A DNA stretch of 64,000 bases from Trichoplax sp. H2. Lineage: Eukaryota. Below, in pieces: positions 54,471 to 64,000 of this stretch (position 1 is the stretch's first letter; each line of letters starts with the position of its first letter). Location of the stretch: positions 124,001 through 188,000 of the forward strand of contig NOWV01000111.1 of assembly GCA_003344405.1 (NCBI GenBank). Reading direction: 5' to 3'. A program made the position numbers and the translations under genes. The notes beneath the pieces are model-generated. The model worked only from the letters and a program-made list of their open reading frames with translations. It made no database searches and was not told the origin of the DNA.

Positions 54471-57400
54471 TTTGATTGATGATTTCTATTAAGAAAAGAA
54501 ATATTAGACATTACGGTCATGATTCTTCCATATAATTGTCATACCAACTATCTTAGAACAATATTAGCCAGTATTGGATACAAGAATTAAGCAATAAACC
54601 ATATAGAAGATCTCTTAAGTATGAATTTCAATGACTAATAATCTCTCTGGTTTGATTTATAGGACAAAAGCATAATTAATTCAACCCCATGGTACATTAC
54701 TTTACCTTTATGCCATTATATTAAATACCCTTCACTAGTTATAATCGGTGACAATATTACTAGATAGAAAGTGAATGTGTCCGTTTAAATTCAAAGGGTA
54801 ATACAGAGTTTTTGCGGTGGATACAATATTCGTATCTTGTCATAAATATGCATTTTAGCTTTTGCTAATATAAATACAAATATTCTCCCTGCGCTTATGG
54901 TGGTATACAGTACATGACCGATTATTTTCATATTTACGTATGTTCGATGTAAGATTATGGACTACTCCAGTATTAGTGATGTTTACAACCTCCTTAAGAG
55001 TAATCTAAGTGGATGATGGTTGCTTTAATGCATAAACAACCTTAATTTAGGAATCGATAGACTAAAATAGTAGTTGTGAACTAGTTTAATAACAGCAGTC
55101 AATCGTTTACCTTATTAATGTTAAAAACTGTAAGTGCAACTACTAAATTTAGATGTAATGATTGAGGACTATAAGCTTTTATAAAATTTTGAAACTGCAT
55201 CCAAAAGTTTAGAAGATTTATTGCTAAAGCGAAAAATTGAGAAGGTTGGAATATATTTGCAATTAGCGAGGACAGAGTACTGTATCGCAATTTAATTTAC
55301 AGTTAGTTTAAGATTACCCTAACGACTGAGTAATATATCAATTTTCAATAGCTGTTAGTTGCGGGAAACACATTCCCAGCACAGGTTGCAAGCTAGGAAT
55401 ATTCCTAGCCTGTAACAAATCGTTATCAAATTTAGTAGTATATTTAAAATATGCAAAGAGCATAAGCTATCATTAATTTGATATCTGTATTGTTATCGCA
55501 AGCTCATAACCATAGATTTTATGCATCTATCTAAAATTAATATCAACACTTACGTTAATATTACTACTAGAGCTAAATCAGATAGTAAGTGTATTTTTTC
55601 CCTAGGAAAGTGGTTAAGGCGTTACTGCAGATATATCGCTGATAAAATCCAAATCACAATCACGTTATAAGTAGATCCAATTAACTGATATAATTGTTGC
55701 TTGAAATTTAAGTCGATCTATAATATAGTTTAATCACAGGTGTTAATTTTTTTTCGTATATCGAAACAATCTGAACAAGTAAGTTAAGCATAGTAGTAAA
55801 TGTTGCTGCTTCTTATCTTACTGTCGATTCTCAACTGGTTATAACCTTAGCGAGCCTAACTTATAACAATAGCTGCGATACTATCAAAATTCAAATTTAG
55901 CGCAATATATTTGCATCTTAAGATGGAAAGAAGGAGTAGGATAGTGCTAGATTACGCTATATTTTAATTTGATCTCGATCAAACTAAAGCCAGAACAATA
56001 AGTTTACTTTTAGACTGATGGCATACCTTTCGGATATATTAATTCAATTATTGACCAGTTTTGAAAGTTTTTAGATACGAAGATAGAGAGTAGCATTTAA
56101 TTACCCCCTAAATTTTCCTTTAAGCCGGCTAGAAATGATGGGAAACCTTCAGTAAAGCGTTGTAGTTACCACTCCTTAGCCCCGGTAGGGAAACGCCAAC
56201 AAAAGCCGCGATTTAATAAATCACGACTGTGGGTTAATGAGGCTTTTAACTATACACTTGTCAATATGTATTCTACGTACAATGCTTAACTATTGTTCTC
56301 ATAGGCTGTCTGTACATAACCCAAGGCCTCATTGCATGTAAAATTCAATTCGACTTAATCCGATCTATTGTCGAGGCAGTCAAAGGATTAGATATTGTCT
56401 TGACGAAATTTCCTTGAATTGACCCCTGCTACCTTTGAATATAACTTTAATTAACTACCTTCAACGATTGTGCGTGTCCATTCCATTTACCATAGTACAT
56501 TGTTGTAAGCAGAATATGCAAATGACAATTATTAATAATATTATTCAGCGCCAGGAAAAAATAGTATGTTATGTATACGGTACAATAGTCCTATTAGTCA
56601 AAGTCGAATTCAATTAAAATGCTCCTGAACTTCAATGCGATCATTATGCGGTTTGATAAGGCGATGCTAATTAATATTAAGCATACGAATCTTCATAATA
56701 AGAAAGGTTTTCAGATGGAGTGCGTAACAATATAATCATGACTTCTTTCAAGTATTATAAGAATTTTAGCGAGATATTACTGTACTACTACTGCATTATA
56801 TAGGAGTATTCATTAAATTCTGCATCAGTTAGCAATAAATATTTGTCTTATTTCTCTTAATAAGTTATAATATCCGTATAGCTTTATTATTCAAACCTAT
56901 ATAGAGCTATCAGATAACTTTAAGCAGGCGAAAATAACTGTCTACTTAATTGATTAATGATGTCAGTGACTATGTTACTGTGTAAGGATTATCACATCCC
57001 ATCCCTTGTAGAGAAGGTCGTGCTATTTGCATTCATCGAATAAATTACGAGAAAATGTGTTAAATGACATTTAAATAAAAAAAATATTTCTCACACGTAT
57101 TAACAATTAGGCCACTGAAAAGTTCACCTTTATTTGACAGAGTACGCGTACATTTCGTAATGTTCTGTTACAGAAATTTGCTGATTCTTTACATGTAGTG
57201 TAAATAAAATAAAATAGATTTCATACCTTTATAACTTTATATACAAAAACAAAACTTTTGAATCTTCATCAATATACTTACCCAGTAGCGTATGAATACT
57301 GTAGCTATACTCGGTACACAGAAATTGCAAATATTAACACGATGATAGCCGACAAACTTAACTTAAACCTTATGGAGTTTCACAGTATGTCACATTAGAG

Positions 57401-57535
57401 TACTTCGTGAAGATCGCTATCAAGTATTCATTGCATGACAAAGCTGGCCGATTATGATGAATCTATACTGTACAGTACAACGGAACCCAAATATTAATTA
57501 TATATTATCAATCTTGCGGTTACATAGTGGCTTAT

Positions 57536-60500
57536 TTAAGCATTTGTATTAACTCTTCCCAATTTTTCTTGCACTAATTCCTTCGTTTCTCCAATCCTAG
57601 AATAAGTAAAGGTTAACATTATCTATCGACCAAATCAATCCTTGTACAATCGTATATCAATTTTTTATTTTATAACGTTAAGGATAATTCAAGCATCATT
57701 CCACTAGTGTGAGAATACAAGCATATTAATCCAAAAAATAGCATAACACTGATTTCAATTACAACCTATTGAGTCGATAAGCTATTCTTATTCTTGATAG
57801 CCATAACGATACAACAAAACTAAATGAACTTAACCGCAATACTTACTGTTGACGCAAGCTACCTAGAATGCCATCAAGCGACTCTGAACTTTTTGAATAT
57901 TCCTGATTGTGAAAAACATCAAGTTAGTAATCACTACTTATATCACGTTGGACCCTTGTAGAAATTGTCTTCTGTAAGTTATTAATTACTTTCTACCAAA
58001 ATAGGGGTATAACGATGAAATAAGTAGTACACAACATACAGTCGTATCGAGAGGAGCCTGCTGGTAGCTGCTGTCACCGTAGTACATATCCGTTGAGGAA
58101 TTTTCTTCAGTTGTCAAAAACAATCGATTATTGCTTTCCTGTGGTAATGCATACGAGTATAGTACAAATTGTAAGAGCACTTCCGTTAAGGCAATACGTT
58201 TGTATATATTGCGACTGTACAAAGGAAGTCTAGTAACTTCTTACCTTGTGAAGTTCTTTCGCTAGTTCTTCAACAAGACTTACACGATTCTCCAGTAAAA
58301 ATAAGCGATTTGATAAAGTTTGCTCCAGATCATTATATTTCGCTTTCAGCGCTACTAACTCACTTCTTATATCACTGGTTGACTGCTGGATCTAGTTTCA
58401 ATTACATGATGTTGAAACATTGCGCAGAGAAAGTTCCATTACTTAGCGCCTAAGATGAGAGTATCACCATTTAAATAAATAAATATCAAGCGAAAGAAAA
58501 TACCGTACATGTTCGTTGCAGAGATATGCAAAACGATCTGCTAGTAGTTGCGAAATTATAGAATTCTCATTTTCACCAGTTATCTCGTCAAATTTCAATG
58601 AATCGGTAATCGCCTTATCTTCTTCCGCTGTAACTTTTAATATTTCATCAGAATCATCGTTCTGTACGATTTCAATCTCAGAAACAGGGGTAAAGTTAGC
58701 CTTTGGATCTACAACGAAATAATATCCTTAAAGTTTTTCTCGAAGTAGTCATAAGAATTTCAAATAAAATTAGTTTAATCAAGTTAGTATAAGAAAAATA
58801 GCATTTCTGAGAAGAAAACAATTAAAAAGTAAAAATCCTTAAGTTGATGTATAATAATGTCGCTAAAATGCATGTTAAATTGATATTAATTATGACTTTG
58901 CTACCTTCAATTAAAACTCTTTCAATAAAGTGACTATTTCGATTTTGTCCATGAGTAACGAGTTCAGAATGTTCTCCATCATCCACGCATTGACGAATCA
59001 CCTTAGGTTGAAGCGAAATGTTCACGACATCATCCAAAGCAATAGAATTATTGTTATAAGTTTGATGAAGCGGATTGTCTAATGGATATTCAGCATTAGC
59101 AGCTGTAATAATCTGACTACTGGACTCCTTTTGGGTCGATACAACATTGCCATCTTTACTTAAAGGCAAAGGAGCTGGTCTAATTTTAGCCTGACTTTCC
59201 AAGTGCGAATCACTCCGTTGTTTCAAAACAGGAACCCTGTAACCTTTTTCATTAACCTCTTTATCCACGATAGTTCCCTGAGGACGATCAAGCACTTTAG
59301 TTTGCCTGCTAACCAAATATACCAGATATAAACTTCGTCAAATAGAAGTTTTAATTTTAAAATTAAGTTTGTTATCCGTTTGCTTGCTAATAAATTCAAA
59401 TTTTGCTGTAAACGGTTTTGGATACTAGCAAGATAAAACACAACCAAGGTTAGAATCAACTCACCTTTTGACGATCTTTTTTTGACATCTAGAAATTTCG
59501 ATGAAATCACGTAAGATGAATAAAAAAATTCAATAATACATATTATCTTAGAAGCATAAGAATACCATAATATTAAACAGTCCTGTGGCAAGTTAAAGTT
59601 TGAAACTGTATTATCAAATTGGTCCTGTTATTCGTATCACATCAAATAGTTCGATATAAAACTTAACTTATCGAATGTACACATGCAAAAATGATACGAT
59701 CAATTTATTATTTCCTACACTACACCATATGGAGTACAGTACTATTAACATTCCATAGTTTTTTAGCATCGTATTAATCGGTAATATTTATATTTGTTTG
59801 CGACCATTAATAGGTAATCAAAACGATTAACTAACATTAAAGAGATAAAAGTATCTTTCACTCAATTAATAGCGCATACTATCCCCAAATACCTGGTTAG
59901 TTCTTTGTTTTTATCAATACAGATTCTAGCCAAGTCGCATGTGAGAATAACTTTCCTTTCCGAAAATCCAACAGTAAAAAACTGATCGATACTTATGGTG
60001 GGCTTGTAATTGAAAATCTTACGTAAGACCTACATTAGGATTGCACGGAAAAGATGAAGCCAATGTAAATTGAATATGATATTGTAATATGATAACGTAA
60101 AATTCGTATAAATGCATATTAGTTTATGAAGTAATTGATGTTATTTATTTAAATAAGATATATTATAAAACGTAATCGTAAGTCTATGTTCCTTGAGCAA
60201 GCACGTTATAGTAGTAAGTAGTTACATGTAGCTAGAGAGTAACTTAAATTTACAATGTAATCAATAAATTGTTCGTTTGTCACTTTCTCTTATTTTCAGT
60301 ATTATTTAGTGGTTTAAAAATTACGTTTACGAATTAAAAAATTTCTACTATAATTAGAGATATCCATTAAGAGAAAAATTAAATAGAACTATCAGCATTA
60401 AATCAAAATAACCTTAAAAGTTTCTTCAATAAAGCGTAAATCATTCTTGCTAAAAAATTCAAAACCATTATCAAGTAAATACTTCGATAGTTCCACAGAA

Positions 60501-62753
60501 TAGTCCGTTAGAAGAAAATGCAATAAAGGCAAGAAGGCCGTAGGTATCCCTTTCGCAATGCTGAAAAGCAATAAATATTCCACAAATGAACACGGGCTTA
60601 CGAAATATGTTAGACGTATTTTCAGTTATGATATCTATATTTGCTCTTTTAGTTACAGGATAAGCGATTTCAAAAATTGCTAGTTATCCGTTTGTACATT
60701 GCTAGGTATTTATTTAGAGCTCCTGGCCTAAAATTGAAAGGCATTTAATCTTTTGTACCACTTGTATAGTCATATTAGCATGATTTCAGCAACAACAGGC
60801 CATTAAGGGTTGTTGTTTAATACAAAATTCTTCACATTTGACTACTCCTTGCCTATAGAATAACTAATTTTGCGTTACGGTATATATCATAGTAGCGTAT
60901 AACATTAGGACTGCAAGAGAAAATGTCCTACTTCTAAAGTATATCTTAATACTACAGTTCGGAATCTTGCACTCGAAATGCAAGACATAAATATCCATTC
61001 TATTATGAAATTGGGCAATAAGCAGCTTTAGTTTAAGATAATGTTTTCAGTAGATACTAATGCATTTCATAGTATTTCAAAAAAAGAAATGCTAGCCAGC
61101 CCTACAATAGAAATTGGCATAAAAGTGCCTATTCTGTAGCTAGTATTTGTTACAATAAGTAATTCTGTGATGCAAAGTTTAGCGCCAAGCAGAAATGGCC
61201 ATGCCGTAGTACTATGCAGTATTACGGTGCTAAACTAAAAGTACTCCTAGACTTTATGCAGACAGAAATTTCTTCCTGGTCATGTTCTAAGAAAATGAAT
61301 ATCTGCAGGAATATAGCCATTGTACGAGTGTAAAGCTAGGCTTTCTGCACGTTTGGATTATTAGGTTGCTAAGGTACTCAATTAGACGGCAAATTCGTAA
61401 AAGATCGACTTTAAACTTTTATGTATCGATGCTACTGTACGGAAAAAGTTATTCCACGTTGAGAGATAAAAATCTTTCAAAATATCAATATCAACAAGTC
61501 ATGACGCAACTAGGCCATTAGCAGGTTGGATTACTAAGTTGGTAAGATCGTCAATCGGATTACGAATCTGCGATCGATTGGCTTTAACTTTTACGTATCG
61601 ATGCTACTATAAGTAGAAAGTTGTTCCAAGTAAAGAGATGCAAAATTTTCTAAAACATCAACACTCATAATTATGCTGTAAATATAGATATAAGTCATAG
61701 CACTACAGTACTAGGCTACTAGCACGTTTGGATTACTAGGATGGTCAGACACTCAGTCGGGTTGCAAATCTGCGATAGATTGACTTTAACTATTACGTAT
61801 CGATGCTACTGTAGGTAGAAAGTTGTTCCAAGAATATCTATCTATCTATTACATATATAAGTCAATATAGATCTATCTATAACATATAGAAGCCATGACA
61901 CTACAGTTGAGTCCTAGGATATGAGCACGTTCGGATTACTAGGTTGCTACGATACTCAGTCGGATTGCAAATTTGCAATAGATCGACTTCAATTTTTATG
62001 TTCGATGCTAGTGTGCATAGACAGTTATTCCAAGTTGCCAGATGAAATGCTTCCATAATATCAACATCATTAAGTCATAATACAACTAGGCTACTAGGAG
62101 CACGTTCGGATTACTAGGTTGCTATGATACTCCGTTGGATTGCAAGTCTGTGATAGATTAACTTTTATGTATCGATCTGTTGAAGGTCCAAAGTTGTTCA
62201 AAGTTGGGAGATGAACATCTTCCAAAACATCCACATCCATCAACCATGACGCAACTAGGCTATTAGCCTATTTTAATTAAGGTTGATCAATTCCTAAGCT
62301 AGTCCAATTGGATTGGAATTGTGTGAAAAAATTTTTGACCTCGTCTGTTAGCATTGTAGCACACAAGGACATCGTCGTGGATCAGTACTACAAACCAATG
62401 TTTGGAAAATATCAACATAACCATTTGAAGGATAGGATAAATCCTGTAAGTTGCTAAAATACTCGTTTTGAATTGAATATTTTACACTGTGTATAGACTT
62501 TGTGCAGATCGATTGTAGGCAGACGGCTTCTTCCTGCTTCAAAGGCAGAAATGATCGAAAGAGACTGTACTACTGTATACTGGCGTCCCTTGCAAGAGGA
62601 CAATCAATATCACTTTTACAAGACGATCCTCATCATTTACCTAGCATAATCTATTCGGTCTTTAAATCCTGCTCGTTGGACCAACGACTGTAATATTCTA
62701 ATGTTGTTTTTAATATCGCCTGTTTTTACTATTGCTGACTTCATTGGGGGCAT
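57536..62753 (-). CDS. CEP44: Centrosomal protein of 44 kDa, multi-exon
   Basis: Exon 62641-62753: (MPP)MKSAIVKTGDIKNNIRILQSLV. Exon ~60413-60559: IAKGIPTAFLPLLHFLLTDYS..SKNDLRFIEETFK. Exon ~59893-60029: VLRKIFNYKPTISIDQFFTVGFSERKVILTCD. Together these match the CEP44 N-terminal domain. Later exons give a coiled coil (LEQTLSNRLFLLENRVSLVEE) and the C-terminus IGETKELVQEKLGRVNTNA*. Splice phases are consistent throughout. Confidence 0.88.
61335..62290. repeat. Diverged minisatellite, ~5-6 copies of a 170-210 bp unit, in CEP44 intron 1
   Basis: Recurring 'taggct..agcacgtt(t/c)ggattactaggttg..gat(a)gatcgactttaacttt(t)atgtatcgatgcta..aaagttgttccaag', near 61340, 61510, 61710, 61915 and 62090. 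Confidence 0.9.
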
Positions 62754-63279
62754 AAAATCATTCTATTACCAAATTGAATTTCCTATACTGTATCTGTGTG
62801 AAGTGAGAAAGCGCTGCAATGGACTGATGAGTGAATGGGAAGTTTTGCTTTAGCTTGTTGGACACCACTCCTTCCTTGTAATTGCAGTTGTGTCTTTCAA
62901 TCGATGAATGAGTTCTGCGACGTAATTGCAACTAATTCTCACCAATTCAATCTGGATTCAACAGCAGTCCTTGATTTTCTATTTAAAATAACTACCACAT
63001 GAAAGTTTCACCAATGTCTTTAACTTGGAGCTGACGAATTTTGCTGCAATCTCCTTGTTGTAATTTCTTCTTTGAAATAGGAATGAAATGAACTCCGACA
63101 GCAGGAAAAGTACGATGCCTTGAACACCACCTAATCCTAAGACATCCAGTATGTACGACCACGTCTATCGATGAATCGTCTCTTCAGACCTCATTTGGCG
63201 CCAGACTTTTTGAAATACAGTACACGCTTTACAGTGTACAATGTATAGTACTGTGATGACGCAGAATAGTACTGTGCAA

Positions 63280-63895
63280 TACATCGACTGATACCCAAAA
63301 TTTGTCCAATTTGCTCATAATATTGTGTTAAACTTTTAGGATAATTTCAATTAAAAAGATGTTATTTTCGTATCAGATACCTTAGTAAAAGCATAAATTA
63401 TAAAGTATAAATAAAATTGATTACTAATGTACATCGACTGATACCAAATTTGGTATTAATATTGTGTTTTAAGATAGTTTTAATCAAAAAAATGTTATTT
63501 TCGTATCAGATACTTTAGTACAACTTTAAAAGTATAAAGTATAAAGTATAAATAAAATTGATTGCTATTGTACATCGACTGATACCAAATTTTGTCTAAT
63601 TTGGTTATAATTGTATTTTCATATAATTTCAATCGTCGGCAATTCTTTATGAGCCACCTTATACTACAATGCTATTTTCGTATCAGATACTTTAGTAAAG
63701 GTATAAAGTATAAATAAAATAGATTGCTATTGTATATCGACTGATACCAAATTTGTCTATTTGGTCCTAAAATTGTGTTTCATATAATTTCAATCGCGGG
63801 AATCCTTTATGAGCCACCTTATACTACAATGTTATTTTCGTATCAAATATTTTAGTAAAAGTATAAAATATAAATTTAAAATTTATTGCTATCTA
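63280..63895. repeat. Minisatellite, 4 copies of a 140-165 bp unit
   Basis: Units begin 'tacatcgactgatacc(c)aaa' near 63280, 63430, 63571 and 63733, and contain 'ttttcgtatcagatac..tagta..agtataaa'. Confidence 0.93.
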
Positions 63896-64000
63896 TACAA
63901 CCATTTCTATACTTACAGTTAACTTAAAGATTAGTAAATGTGTCCGTAAAGTCGATTTATCATAATAAACGTTCTAAAATACTCAAAAATTTTGAAAAAT

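Noticed and set aside
56150-56200. Hammerhead ribozyme candidate (gcgtt...ccccggtagggaaacgc)
   Set aside because: Stem plus GAAA are present, but the CUGANGA core is missing.
62348-62542. ORF MKQEEAV..LSYPSNGYVD as the first exon of CEP44
   Set aside because: Splice phase is incompatible with the next exon. The exon at 62641-62753 has the TGD(I/L)K motif and the correct phase.

Overview
AT-rich, gene-dense animal DNA with many short GT-AG introns. The architecture and the LRR-GPCR type suggest a basal metazoan such as a placozoan (Trichoplax-like); this is inference only. From left to right: (1) the last exon of an unidentified + strand gene; (2) mitochondrial GatA/QRSL1 (-); (3) a 4-copy minisatellite; (4) decayed, intron-containing KRBA2/Ginger-type DDE integrase fragments (+); (5) a ~19 kb leucine-rich-repeat GPCR gene (-) with a signal-peptide exon, an LRRNT exon, ~46 mostly 72-nt phase-2 LRR exons and one 7TM exon, plus apparent decayed LRR exons in its longer introns; (6) POP4/Rpp29 (+); (7) a ~1.3 kb TACAGT/ACTGTA palindrome-rich tract; (8) LARP1 (+); (9) an alpha-arrestin (-); (10) CEP44 (-) with two further minisatellites. 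The most unusual element is the giant modular LRR-GPCR. All gene models were assembled by eye, so exon boundaries may be off by a few nt.
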